Shown: piece after piece, positions 1 through 9,211 of the stretch | Position numbering within the stretch: position 1 is the stretch's first letter | Layout: each line of letters begins with the position of its first letter | Origin: Deinococcales bacterium | GTDB taxonomy: Bacteria > Deinococcota > Deinococci > Deinococcales > JAAFIG01 | Direction of reading: 5' to 3' | DNA length: 39,620 bases | NCBI GenBank assembly: GCA_043778225.1 | Contig: JAYWGM010000019.1 | Coordinates: 1 to 39,620 of the forward strand | The notes under the pieces: generated by a model | Seen by the model: the letters and a program-made list of their open reading frames with translations, nothing else | Told to the model about the DNA's origin: nothing | Databases searched by the model: none | Translations under genes and position numbers: made by a program

Positions 1-656
1 GTTTTAGCGCCAGACAAAGCCACTGCCCAAGTTGCATCGTCGATTAAACTCGAGCGGGCGACATGAAAAACCGCATTGGGAAGCTGTTCGGTAACTGCCG
101 CAAAATAAGAAAGTAAGTGCGTCACCTGAAAACCCCGAGAACCCGGCACAAGCAGCACCGAATTGGTGGCTCTGGTTTGCATTGGCTCGAGTGCCAGCGC
201 ATCCGCCACCAGATTACCGATATTTTGTACCTTGGCTTTTGGGTTTTTCTGGGCTTTAGCCAAGGTTTTTTGGTCATGTACCCATAATTTTTCGAGTCCA
301 TTGTGCCAGTATGGCTCGAAGCTGTAGCGCCAAGCCGGGTAGCCTAATCTCGAGCCAATTCGACTTGGGAAAGAAACATCGCCACCTAAGCCCAGCACCA
401 AACCACTCGAGCCAATAAATGCCTTGGGTTTACGTCCACCCGCCATAAACTCGAGGCATTCGGTAACACTGGCAAGTCCGTCTATGGATAATTTTTCGGC
501 AATACCACGCTCATAACCAGTTGCAAATGGACATGGCAGTAAGCCCAGCACAATTCGCAGGTTTGGCTCGAGCAGGCGCAATTCTCGTAATAGTGGACGC
601 ACCCAAGTGTAAAGTTCGCCCGGACCGTTGACCAGCAGAATCAGTTCGGTTTTCAT
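1..656 (-). CDS. lpxB: Lipid-A-disaccharide synthase-like glycosyltransferase (LpxB-related); runs off the window edge, so partial
   Basis: Own translation from ATG at 656: MKTELILLVNGPGELYTWVRPLLRELRLLEPNLRIVLGLLPCPFATG..., open to the window edge; NGPGE N-terminal motif; lies downstream of fabZ-lpxA. Confidence 0.55.
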   Translation of the reverse strand, partial: MKTELILLVNGPGELYTWVRPLLRELRLLEPNLRIVLGLLPCPFATGYERGIAEKLSIDGLASVTECLEFMAGGRKPKAFIGSSGLVLGLGGDVSFPSRIGSRLGYPAWRYSFEPYWHNGLEKLWVHDQKTLAKAQKNPKAKVQNIGNLVADALALEPMQTRATNSVLLVPGSRGFQVTHLLSYFAAVTEQLPNAVFHVARSSLIDDATWAVALSGAK

Positions 657-702
657 ACAAATCTCAGTTCGGCTTTCATACAAATCTCAGTTCGGCTTTC
701 AT
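641..702. repeat. 23-nt tandem repeat (~2.7 copies) duplicating the start of the lpxB-like gene
   Basis: Unit tcagttcggctttcatacaaatc at 641, 664 and 687. Confidence 0.9.
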
Positions 703-1115
703 GGATGTAGCACAAGGCTGGGAAATGCCATTCGGAAGCCTTTGCTATCAAATGTACACAGCCAATACTTTTGGGTATTGGCATGAGCGCCAATGATAAA
801 GTCTGCAATGACACGCTTGGATGAATTTGGGTTTCGATGCCTTAATTGGGTGGCTCGAGCCAAGCCAGCTTCTTTCCAAACTTGTTCGGACAAATACCAC
901 TCCACTTCTATAGCAAAGTCATTAAGTGATAATTCAAGCTCACTGAGCGAAATATCTGGCATACATAAGGCTTCACTAAAAACCATGCCACAAATGACCA
1001 ATTTTGCATTTGCGTATTGCACCAGAACATCAATCGCATTTCCATGATGAATACGTGCAGAATCAAGAATGGCTTGTAAAAAATTAGTATCGAGCGCTAA
1101 TACAACTTCAGACAT
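699..1115 (-). CDS. PIN-domain (VapC-like) toxin
   Basis: LDTN N-terminal motif, E in VFSEAL, ADFIIGAHA and LCTFD motifs. Confidence 0.85.
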   Translation of the reverse strand: MSEVVLALDTNFLQAILDSARIHHGNAIDVLVQYANAKLVICGMVFSEALCMPDISLSELELSLNDFAIEVEWYLSEQVWKEAGLARATQLRHRNPNSSKRVIADFIIGAHANTQKYWLCTFDSKGFRMAFPSLVLHP

Positions 1116-1402
1116 TAACGACTTTGCTCCATTCTTTCAAATGCCAATAAGTCTTCTTCATCCCAACCGCGGCTCACTCGACTCTGTGCCAGAAATTCCT
1201 CTTCGGTCTTGGCTGTTGAACCTCGGTCTCGAGCGTGCTTGGCTACCAGCGCCAGAATATCTCGGGCTTTGCGGCGCAAAACAATATGCTCGCCTTGCTG
1301 CTGAAACTCGAGCATATCGCCTGAAGTAACGCCAAGACTGGCAATCACCCAATCTGGAATTTGCATTGAACCGTTTTGTGTTCCTTCAGACTGCTTGTTC
1401 AT
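1115..1402 (-). CDS. AbrB/MazE-type antitoxin (start MNKQSEG...)
   Basis: GSMQIPDWVIASLGVTSGDMLEF...IVLR is an AbrB/SpoVT-like pattern; stop overlaps the PIN start; start trimmed because the longer ORF overlaps lpxA. Confidence 0.75.
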   Translation of the reverse strand: MNKQSEGTQNGSMQIPDWVIASLGVTSGDMLEFQQQGEHIVLRRKARDILALVAKHARDRGSTAKTEEEFLAQSRVSRGWDEEDLLAFERMEQSR

Positions 1403-1430
1403 AGTCTTTAGTCTAGCCAATAAATACGAT

Positions 1431-2195
1431 TTACGCAAAACTCGAGATACCGCGCTTAGATTCGGCTCGAGCAAATGTAAATAATTGCTGTGCCAGAGGC
1501 TCAGACTCGAGTTCTGAAATTGCCACCAAATCTTTTTTGCGTAATGCCCGAAATGCCTGCGCGATGACCTGCTGCTCATCGCGGCTGTAACCATCTCGAG
1601 CCAGACCAACTTTGTTAATCGTGTAATGTTTGGCTGGGTGTCCGTCTGCCATGCTAAACGGTAAAATATCACGGGTGATTTTGCTCATCATGCCAATAAT
1701 GCTGTGTGACCCAATGCGGCAATACTGATGAATGGCAACCGTCACGCCCATTCGCACATAATCTTCGATGACCACATGACCCGCAATCTGCACCGTATTG
1801 GCAATAATGTTGTGGCTGCCTACCGTGCAATCGTGGGTGATATGAACATACGCCGTGACCAAATTATGATTGCCAACTTTGGTCAGCCCACCGCCAATGG
1901 CAGTACCACGGTGAATCGTGCTGAATTCGCGGATGTCGTTGTCCGAACCAATCTCGAGCCGTGTGTCCTCGCCCTGAAATTTTAAGTCCATTGGCGTGCC
2001 ACCAATCAGCGTGTACTTGCCAATTCGGTTGCGTTCGCCAAGGCTGCTAAAACGCAGCACTTGCGCCCCAGACTCGAGAACACAACCAGCCCCGATGCGT
2101 GTCTGGCTTTCGACAATACAAAACGCTCCGATTATTACGTCCTCGGCAATTTCGGCACTCGGGTCAACAATAGCTGTTGGATGAATCTGCGGCAT
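1431..2195 (-). CDS. lpxA: Acyl-ACP--UDP-N-acetylglucosamine O-acyltransferase
   Basis: IHPTAIVDP start, hexapeptide repeats, DLKFQGE, IREFSTIHRGT, HITHDC; TGATG overlap with fabZ. Confidence 0.93.
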   Translation of the reverse strand: MPQIHPTAIVDPSAEIAEDVIIGAFCIVESQTRIGAGCVLESGAQVLRFSSLGERNRIGKYTLIGGTPMDLKFQGEDTRLEIGSDNDIREFSTIHRGTAIGGGLTKVGNHNLVTAYVHITHDCTVGSHNIIANTVQIAGHVVIEDYVRMGVTVAIHQYCRIGSHSIIGMMSKITRDILPFSMADGHPAKHYTINKVGLARDGYSRDEQQVIAQAFRALRKKDLVAISELESEPLAQQLFTFARAESKRGISSFA

Positions 2196-2626
2196 CAACC
2201 CACCGCAAAAAGAATATCGGCTTGAGAAACCAGAACACCACCGACCGTAATTTTACAATTGGTACGCCCAAGGCTGCGCCTAAAATACTCGAGTTTGGCT
2301 TCGATAATTAACTGGTCGCCCGGCGTGACCGGTTTTTTGAAACGCGCATTCTCGACCCCGGTTAAAAAAGCCAGTTTACCCGGCTCGAGTGCATCCTCGA
2401 GCAGAAAAACCCCAGCCTGTGCCATCGCCTCGAGTTGCAGTACGCCCGGCATGATGGGTCGTCCCGGAAAATGCCCAGCACACCACGGTTCGTTGACCGT
2501 GACATTTTTGAGGCAACGCACAAAGGTAACACCGTTATCGTCTCCACGCTCGAGAACACGGTCAATCATTAAAAACGGGTAGCGATGTGGCAACTTCTCG
2601 AGAATTCCTTCTATAGCTGTAATCAT
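2195..2626 (-). CDS. fabZ: 3-hydroxyacyl-ACP dehydratase
   Basis: LPHRYPFLMIDR, GHFPGRPIMPGVLQLEAMAQ. Confidence 0.96.
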   Translation of the reverse strand: MITAIEGILEKLPHRYPFLMIDRVLERGDDNGVTFVRCLKNVTVNEPWCAGHFPGRPIMPGVLQLEAMAQAGVFLLEDALEPGKLAFLTGVENARFKKPVTPGDQLIIEAKLEYFRRSLGRTNCKITVGGVLVSQADILFAVG

Positions 2627-2662
2627 CTTGGTGCTAGTTTAACTTAAATTGCCGTCCAAGCA

Positions 2663-3736
2663 TCATCCCAAAAAAGCCCGTTCGACAAACCAGTAGCCAC
2701 CTGCCAAAACCGCTACCGCCGAAGCCGCATATTGCACAGGAATGTTCCAGTGCAGCTTTTTAAGCCAAGTCAGCAGTAAAAATGCTGGAATTACCACCGA
2801 TAATTGCCCGATTTCCACGCCAGCGTTAAAGCCAAAAATCGCCAATGGCAAGTTACTACGAGGCACTTGCAGTTCTTGAAGAATCCCAGCAAAGCCCATG
2901 CCGTGCAGTAAGCCAAAGGCAAAAACCAGCAGCCAACGCCCACGCTCGAGTTTAGGGGCATCAAAGCGCCGCCAGATATTCTCGAGTGCCACCAAAGAAA
3001 TAGACAGGGCAATACCGCTTTCGATAATTTGGCTGGGCAACTGAATAATCCCTAAAGTGGTTAAGGCAATGGTGATTGAATGCGCCACCGTAAATGCCGT
3101 AATCACCTTGAGTAGATACACTAAATTGCCACCGAGTGCCAGTAAAGCCAATAAAAACAGCAAATGGTCATAGCCCGTTAAAATATGCTCGAACCCAAGT
3201 TGAATAAATCCAATCAGATTGACAGGCGCAGTTGCTTCATTACCAACCGCATACTCGAGGTTGTTGGGCGTAAAGACCACACTTTGGGCTTGGTCGTTGT
3301 GTTGAATCGTTGCCACACACGAAGCCGTCGAAACACCAGTCACAAATAAATTGTAAAAAACTTTATATTGGATTACAGGCGAATCAAATTGATAACTCAG
3401 TCGTAAAGTCGAATGGGTCTGGCTCGAGGTTTGTTTGTTGGTGCTTGGGGCAAAAGCCGACTCGAGGCTCAGTCGACCAGCTTGACCATCAGTCGTTATT
3501 TTAATTTTTTCGCCCAGTGTTTGCTCGAGTTTTGCTTGGTTGGCGGTCACTTCGCTAACCGAAAGTGAACCGTTTTTATCCGAGTCAGCAAAAGCCGTTA
3601 AACCCGTTGGGTAGGTCAGCACCATCTGCACTTGGTTGCCTTGGCTCGAGATTTCGGCAACCGATAAATCCGACCAGTGGGCGGTGGCAACAGAACTCAA
3701 AGCCACTAAACTCATCAAAAGATATTGCCATTTCAT
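2663..3736 (-). CDS. HupE/UreJ family membrane protein with N-terminal exported domain
   Basis: Signal peptide; GFEHILTGYDHLLFL, TAFTVAHSIT, FGLLHGMGFA, FNAGVEIGQ. Confidence 0.88.
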   Translation of the reverse strand: MKWQYLLMSLVALSSVATAHWSDLSVAEISSQGNQVQMVLTYPTGLTAFADSDKNGSLSVSEVTANQAKLEQTLGEKIKITTDGQAGRLSLESAFAPSTNKQTSSQTHSTLRLSYQFDSPVIQYKVFYNLFVTGVSTASCVATIQHNDQAQSVVFTPNNLEYAVGNEATAPVNLIGFIQLGFEHILTGYDHLLFLLALLALGGNLVYLLKVITAFTVAHSITIALTTLGIIQLPSQIIESGIALSISLVALENIWRRFDAPKLERGRWLLVFAFGLLHGMGFAGILQELQVPRSNLPLAIFGFNAGVEIGQLSVVIPAFLLLTWLKKLHWNIPVQYAASAVAVLAGGYWFVERAFLG

Positions 3737-4908
3737 TTGTCACCCTCCGTTGTGCAATTGGTTTTGGTGGTCTGACAGCGCAGTCGCACCGCCTCGAGAA
3801 CTGCTTTGGTTTCTGAGTCATGGCGAATTTGTAATTCTTGTTGTGCATTTTGATAGGCTTCGGGTAAATCCCTATTTTGACCGCGTTCAAGCAGGGCTTT
3901 GGCTAAATCTCGCTGATGCCCAAATGCACCTTGGCGCACCTCGAGCCGCAGTTGTGCAATCGCAGCTTGCCACAAGGCTGGAGCATTCTTTTGCTGGGTG
4001 GCAGTGCTGACTTGGGCTAAACCAAGTAAAGCGGCATGATCGTAAGTGCTGGGTGAGCCTTGGACACCACGCAAGTTACCAAACAGCAGTTCTGCTTTGC
4101 TAAAATTCTCATTTTGCAACTCGAGTTGTGCCAATTGCAGCAGCGCCAACGGATACTTAGGCGCAATTTGCAGCGACTGCTCGAGTAAAAGCTGACTTGT
4201 CTTGAGGTCGCCACGACGCAACCAGTAGCGCCCAAATAAGGCTCTGGTGCGTGCCGAAGCAAAAACATCATCGGCATCCTCGAGTTTTAGGGCTTGTAAA
4301 AAACTTTGCTCTGCTTGTTCTAAACGCCCTTGTGCCTCGAGAATCGTGGCGCGTAAAACCAAGACACCTAGGCTCGGGTTATTTTGCCCAATCGTATCGG
4401 CATCTTGCAGTGCCAAGTCCAAATCACCTCGAGCCAAATAAATGCTGCTGCGTAATGCCAACGCCCCTGCATGGCGCGGCTCGGATTGCAGCACTTTGGC
4501 AACAATCTTCAGCGCTGCCACAAAATCGTGTTTGGCTTGTAGCACTTCGGCAAGTACCAAGTGCGCCCCAGAATTATAAACTGGTAAAGCCGCTAAACTG
4601 CGCTGGGCTGCTTGTTCAGCCAAGACAAACCAAGCATTCTCGCCTGTCACTCTGGCTTTACTTAAATACACGCCAGCCAGCGCCACCAAATCTAAGCCAT
4701 CGTCTGGACGAGCATTGACTCGGGCTTGATAAAAAGCAATTTCACGGGCAAAAGCGGCTGTTCGGGTTCGCGCTCGAGTCTCGAGGCTATCAGGAAAGGG
4801 ATAGGCATAAGGCAGATTGCGTGGGGTCAACAAAAGCCACGCCACCAGACCCGTTAAAACGGCTGTGGCAAACAACCACCAATTTTGTGACACTTTGAAC
4901 TCGAGCAT
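3733..4908 (-). CDS. TPR-repeat protein with N-terminal membrane anchor
   Basis: Ala/Leu-rich helical repeats; usual partner in DUF4331-TPR-HupE operons. Confidence 0.8.
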   Translation of the reverse strand: MLEFKVSQNWWLFATAVLTGLVAWLLLTPRNLPYAYPFPDSLETRARTRTAAFAREIAFYQARVNARPDDGLDLVALAGVYLSKARVTGENAWFVLAEQAAQRSLAALPVYNSGAHLVLAEVLQAKHDFVAALKIVAKVLQSEPRHAGALALRSSIYLARGDLDLALQDADTIGQNNPSLGVLVLRATILEAQGRLEQAEQSFLQALKLEDADDVFASARTRALFGRYWLRRGDLKTSQLLLEQSLQIAPKYPLALLQLAQLELQNENFSKAELLFGNLRGVQGSPSTYDHAALLGLAQVSTATQQKNAPALWQAAIAQLRLEVRQGAFGHQRDLAKALLERGQNRDLPEAYQNAQQELQIRHDSETKAVLEAVRLRCQTTKTNCTTEGDK

Positions 4909-4930
4909 CGGCTACCCCTTTAGAGGAATT

Positions 4931-4957
4931 GCACCATCCCCAGAAAGAGGATGGTGC
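4931..4957 (-). other. Intergenic hairpin after the DUF4331 gene (stabiliser or weak terminator)
   Basis: gcaccatcc...ggatggtgc inverted repeat. Confidence 0.5.
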
Positions 4958-4963
4958 TTAAAA

Positions 4964-6184
4964 TCAGTTTCCTTCTGCCAAGAATGGGAATTCACCAAGC
5001 AAGGCTTTGTGCTTTGTGCCGCCAGCGTTTGGACCATCGTAAGAAACATTGTCCGAGGTTACACCGCCGTTTGAAAGTACGCTCAGGGTAATGTCAATCA
5101 CGTCGTCTTTAAGCATACGACCACGAATTGGGCTGCCTTTGGCATTGAGCGCGTTGCCGTAACCGCTTGTGCCTGTGGTATCAATTCGCATCACATCTGG
5201 CAAGAATGCCCCAAGCAATGCACCAACTCGCTTTTCGTCGTTGCCGAGTAAAGATAAAACCGTGCTGACTTCTTTGATAATTGGCGCAGCCGCTTCACCA
5301 GCCGCTTTATCACCATTTAGCACAGCCGCTTCAAAAGCTGGGTCAACCGCATTCAAAGTATTTAAGTAATCGTTGGTCAAAAGTAAACCTTCATTGACCG
5401 CAGGACGCGCCAAACGCTCAATTTGCATCCAGTCACCAGCTTTACTCGGGTTTGGCACAGAGACGGTTTCCCAAACATCAAAAGTGGTTGCGCCACTGCT
5501 CGAGACCAACCAACCCATTGGCATTCGGACAACAATCGAATTGACATTATAACCCGCCGTAAAATCTACGCCGGGGCTACGAAAACCGACTTTTTCGCCC
5601 AAGCCAGCCAAGCCAGCCCTGACTCTAAAGAACTGCTCGACATCAAAAAAGAACGGGTCTTCGCGCAGACCAGCAAAGACCGTAATTCCACCACCGGCGG
5701 TGTCTATCGGTACAAGGTTCATCATTGGGGCAGCGCCGAGCGGGGTGGTTAGGATTTCTTGTCCTGTGGCTGTGGTTTTAACGGTTCGTGTTGCACCATC
5801 ACGGATGCCAGTGACCGTCATGGCTTGCTGACCCTTGGCGTTGGGTTTGCCAAATTCAAAACGCACCAGCGCATCTATTTTGCCAGTCGCCATGCTGTCT
5901 TTGTCTCGAATTCGCGTAATCTTAAATTCATAGCGGGCATTGCTCGAGAAACTGTACTGCTGACGGGCAATACTGCGTGGGTTGGTGTTCATCACAAAAA
6001 CCAAGTTATCGTCCACAATTTTAGGGTTCTGGTCTTTCTCGCGGAAGACATAGAGGTCGGTGAGGTTTAGACTGCGGGCTTTCATATCGTTTTCGCCGTC
6101 GTCATGGTCGCTGGCTCGAGTGATGGCAAAAATTCCAAGGGCGACGGTCAGGATGGTCAGGACAAATTTGAGTGGGGTTTTCAT
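4964..6184 (-). CDS. DUF4331 family exported protein
   Basis: Signal peptide then ASDH; TDLYVF, FAGLREDPFFFD, QIERLARPAVN, GRMLKDDVID, FPFLA. Confidence 0.88.
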   Translation of the reverse strand: MKTPLKFVLTILTVALGIFAITRASDHDDGENDMKARSLNLTDLYVFREKDQNPKIVDDNLVFVMNTNPRSIARQQYSFSSNARYEFKITRIRDKDSMATGKIDALVRFEFGKPNAKGQQAMTVTGIRDGATRTVKTTATGQEILTTPLGAAPMMNLVPIDTAGGGITVFAGLREDPFFFDVEQFFRVRAGLAGLGEKVGFRSPGVDFTAGYNVNSIVVRMPMGWLVSSSGATTFDVWETVSVPNPSKAGDWMQIERLARPAVNEGLLLTNDYLNTLNAVDPAFEAAVLNGDKAAGEAAAPIIKEVSTVLSLLGNDEKRVGALLGAFLPDVMRIDTTGTSGYGNALNAKGSPIRGRMLKDDVIDITLSVLSNGGVTSDNVSYDGPNAGGTKHKALLGEFPFLAEGN

Positions 6185-6205
6185 GGTTTCTCCAATACAT
6201 AGGGG

Positions 6206-6250
6206 TTAAGGGCAATAAAAAGCCAGACACATCAAAATGTGCATTCGCAA
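6206..6250 (-). CDS. Putative 14-aa upstream ORF (MRMHILMCLAFYCP)
   Basis: Perfect SD AAGGAGGTGA (6258-6267) 7 nt before a TTG start; TAA at 6206-6208. Confidence 0.4.
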   Translation of the reverse strand: MRMHILMCLAFYCP

Positions 6251-6292
6251 AGGTAAATCACCTCCTTAGAACTGGGTTATTCCTATATAGTT

Positions 6293-6319
6293 TTACGCAC
6301 CAACTTTAGCAATTGGATG
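6293..6319 (-). promoter_or_regulatory. Putative ECF (SigK-like) promoter CATCC-N17-CGTAA
   Basis: Minus strand CATCC aattgctaaagttggtg CGTAA upstream of the DUF4331 operon. Confidence 0.45.
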
Positions 6320-6401
6320 TGGCAACTCAATCAGAATGTAATCGGGTTCGCAGACCAACAACCTAGGATTCGAGCAGGCAGATTCGCTGTTGGTCTTGCC
6401 G

Positions 6402-7163
6402 TTAAATCGCTGTCCAACCACCATCAACTGCTAAAGTATGTCCCGTCACAAAGCCAGCCGCGCTCGAGGCTAAAAAAACGCACGCACCAAGCATATCCTC
6501 GACTGTGGCAATTCGCCCAAGTGGAATACGGCGCTCAAGGTCAGCTTTTATTTCGGGCTGCGAAAAGGTTTGTTCGGTCAGTGGCGTAAGCACAAAAGTT
6601 GGCGCGATGGCATTGACCGTAATTCCATGCTTTGCCCACTCGAGCGCCAAAACTCGAGTCTGGTTAATTAACCCCGCTTTGGCACTGCAATACGCCGCCC
6701 GTTGATAATAGCCAATCAGCCCATTTTGCGAAGCGATGTTAATAATTCGCCCACCAAGTCCTCGAGCAATCATCCCTTGACCAATGGCTTGCGAAACAAA
6801 AAATGCACCTTTGAGGTTGGTGTCTACCACCAAATCCCAGTTTTCTTCGGTTACATCGGTCGCCCACTGCACCCGATTTACCCCAGCATTATTGACCAGA
6901 ATGTCTACATCTCCAGCTTCGAGTGCCAGATTTTTGCACTGTGCCACCGACTGGACATCGAGTGCCAAGGCTGTGGCTTTACGCCCAAAAGCGTGTACAA
7001 GCTCAAGCGTGGCTTGGGTGGTCTCGAGTTTATCTGGCAATTCAGTAATGATGATGTCTGCACCGTGGGCAGCCAATGCCACCGCAAAGCCCTGACCAAG
7101 CCCACCAGAAGCACCAGTCACTAGAGCAGTTTTACCGTACAAAGAAAAATTTGGAATGTTCAT
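6402..7163 (-). CDS. SDR family oxidoreductase (KduD/gluconate dehydrogenase-like)
   Basis: TGASGGLG, NNAG, YCSAK, VDGG; alternative GTG start at 7196. Confidence 0.9.
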   Translation of the reverse strand: MNIPNFSLYGKTALVTGASGGLGQGFAVALAAHGADIIITELPDKLETTQATLELVHAFGRKATALALDVQSVAQCKNLALEAGDVDILVNNAGVNRVQWATDVTEENWDLVVDTNLKGAFFVSQAIGQGMIARGLGGRIINIASQNGLIGYYQRAAYCSAKAGLINQTRVLALEWAKHGITVNAIAPTFVLTPLTEQTFSQPEIKADLERRIPLGRIATVEDMLGACVFLASSAAGFVTGHTLAVDGGWTAI

Positions 7164-7387
7164 AATTGGCAGTTTAACCGCAATTGCTTGTTTCACCTCG
7201 AGAACCTAATAGAACCCGTTTGACATCTCAGCTAAGGATTTGTCCGTGTTTGCGTTAAGATGCAGTTTTAATACCCTGAGGCTTGCCTCGGTGACTTTTT
7301 ATTCAAATTCCTAAGTATCTCCCGCCTACATTTTAGAATTTTCAAAAAGCGTCAATTCTGTCATTACGGCGGCAGATACGCTGTCCT

Positions 7388-7435
7388 TACTCCCGTTGGT
7401 CGGAAATGTTTTAGCAAAGAACTCTAAAACATTTC
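7388..7435. repeat. Small dispersed repeat module: TACTCCCGTTGGTCGG followed by a hairpin
   Basis: Identical 16-mer at 39564-39579; both copies are followed by an 11-12 bp stem. Confidence 0.6.
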
Positions 7436-7445
7436 GGGGTTGTAC

Positions 7446-9038
7446 TTAGAACTCGCCGCGTGCGAAGCTCGAGATGATGTTTGGTGCGCTGGTATCAAAG
7501 CCGCAAATGTCAAGCATTCCAGCGTCTTTTGGATCGGCAATGCTAAATTGCGTGGCGGTCATGCCCACCACCACCAGCCGTGCTGCAATGCCCATGGAAT
7601 CACGGTATCGGCGCAAGGCTTCAAAGGGGTGTACCTTACCAAAGTACGTTTCGTTATCGGTGTAAATCACGAATACATCGGCTTGTACGCCTTTCTCGAG
7701 CGCCCAGAGCATTGGTAAAGCACAATCTGTACCACCGAATGATTGGTTTTGAGTCTTCTTGAGTGCAGTCTCGAGAGAATCGCCTGCGCGGATTCCCACG
7801 TCGCGGAAAGTATCCGCAAAGCCCATGATGTGCGAATTCTTTTCGCTGCGAAGGGTGAGCATTGCCATGGCGGTGCTGGCAAGGTTTGGGGTGAGACCGT
7901 TTACGCCAGCGATGTTGCCCCATGTCATTGAACCTGAAATATCCAAGCCCAATACAAAGCGCTTGTTGGCAGGTGTAATCGTACCAAACGAAGTATAGAA
8001 CGCCTTCTCGAGCGCATCCACAATTTGTGATACGACTACCCAAGTACCATCGCCTTTGATGCTGCGTCCGCCTTTGTACACCAGCATGGCTTTTAGAGCA
8101 TCAATTGGATGGATTCGTCCTTTTCGCAAACTTTCGGCATCGGTGACTCGAGCAACAATTTGTCCAATCACATCCCATGCACCCGGCACAAGTACCTCGT
8201 GCTTGCCAAGATTGCCAAGGTTACGCAGTGTCCAAGTCAAACCGTTGTTCTCGAGTGCAGTGCGGTAGACTTTTTCACCTCGAGCTTCAGTGGGAATGGC
8301 TTCAATAGGCAACTTGTATTCGTGCATGATGGCGGCAGCACTCTTATCGGTTTTTGCCTCGAGCGCCAGGATATGACCACGCACCATGTTCAGCGCGGCA
8401 TCCTCAGACTCGAGAACACCATCCACAAGGTACTTGAACAACGCATTTCGGGTCGCGTCGCTGGTCTTTGGGTGCGAGAGGCGCAAAGCATCGGCTTGAG
8501 TCCAACCATCTCGAGACTTGTACTTGACAGCCCAGAGTGCCAGTTTCTCGAGTGGCATATGCTCGTAGATTTTTGCCACGCCGCTACGGGTCAGACGACC
8601 CCAACCGCCGAACAATTGTACAAACTCGAGGAAGTGCAACATATGCGTACCAGTTCGCGCCACTTCAGGCAGGGCATCCCAAGCTGCTTTACGAGTCGCA
8701 GAATCCACCGAGAGCTTCGCCACGGCTGCAAGTGCCACAAGAGTAGGCTCTGGCTTTGGAGCGCGGTTGTAACGTGCTACATCAAGAATAATCTCGAGGG
8801 CAGTAGCACCTTCAAGGGTCGCAAAATCGCGCACGAAATCGGTCTCGAGCTTGGTTTGACGCGCTTCGGTGGTGTAAAATGTACCACCCTCAGTTCCTAA
8901 AATTAAAAATCGGAGGAAACGAGTTGCATCCGAAACCGCGAAGACAAAACCGAGGGTGTTGTTTTGCACTTGGTCGGCTCGAGCCTTGAGAATTTGCGAG
9001 GTGCTATTTGGACGAATTGCATTGATAAGGTGCTTCAT
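7446..9038 (-). CDS. rsr: Ro60/Rsr RNA-binding protein (TROVE + vWA domains)
   Basis: Start MKHLINAI with SD GGAGGG; QVQNNTLGFVF, RFLILGTEGGTFY, KYKSRDGWTQADALRLSHP, DISGSM MIDAS motif, GGTDCALPM, YTDNET, GMLDICGFD. Confidence 0.95.
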   Translation of the reverse strand: MKHLINAIRPNSTSQILKARADQVQNNTLGFVFAVSDATRFLRFLILGTEGGTFYTTEARQTKLETDFVRDFATLEGATALEIILDVARYNRAPKPEPTLVALAAVAKLSVDSATRKAAWDALPEVARTGTHMLHFLEFVQLFGGWGRLTRSGVAKIYEHMPLEKLALWAVKYKSRDGWTQADALRLSHPKTSDATRNALFKYLVDGVLESEDAALNMVRGHILALEAKTDKSAAAIMHEYKLPIEAIPTEARGEKVYRTALENNGLTWTLRNLGNLGKHEVLVPGAWDVIGQIVARVTDAESLRKGRIHPIDALKAMLVYKGGRSIKGDGTWVVVSQIVDALEKAFYTSFGTITPANKRFVLGLDISGSMTWGNIAGVNGLTPNLASTAMAMLTLRSEKNSHIMGFADTFRDVGIRAGDSLETALKKTQNQSFGGTDCALPMLWALEKGVQADVFVIYTDNETYFGKVHPFEALRRYRDSMGIAARLVVVGMTATQFSIADPKDAGMLDICGFDTSAPNIISSFARGEF

Positions 9039-9102
9039 GATAGACCCTCCTGTAGGGTAAATTCGCAACTCGAGGCGCTGCTCGAGAAACAAGTAAAAAA
9101 AG

Positions 9103-9184
9103 GGGCATGGCTTGAAATCAAACCAATACAACGGCTCAAGCACGAAGAGGAAACACATGGTGCTTGTGTAAGAATTCCACGCCC
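9103..9184 (-). ncRNA. Y-RNA-like structured RNA without tRNA arms, followed by a U7 tract
   Basis: Terminal stem GGGCGTGG/CCATGCCC, internal stem CAAGCAC/GTGCTTG, contains the GAGCCG motif shared with the other Y-like RNAs; directly upstream of rsr. Confidence 0.45.
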
Positions 9185-9211
9185 ATAAAAACAACTCGAA
9201 TGCCAGTAATG

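Noticed and set aside
1403..1672. 185-aa version of the antitoxin ORF
   Set aside because: The extension overlaps lpxA in another frame; the AbrB pattern begins after Met at 1402
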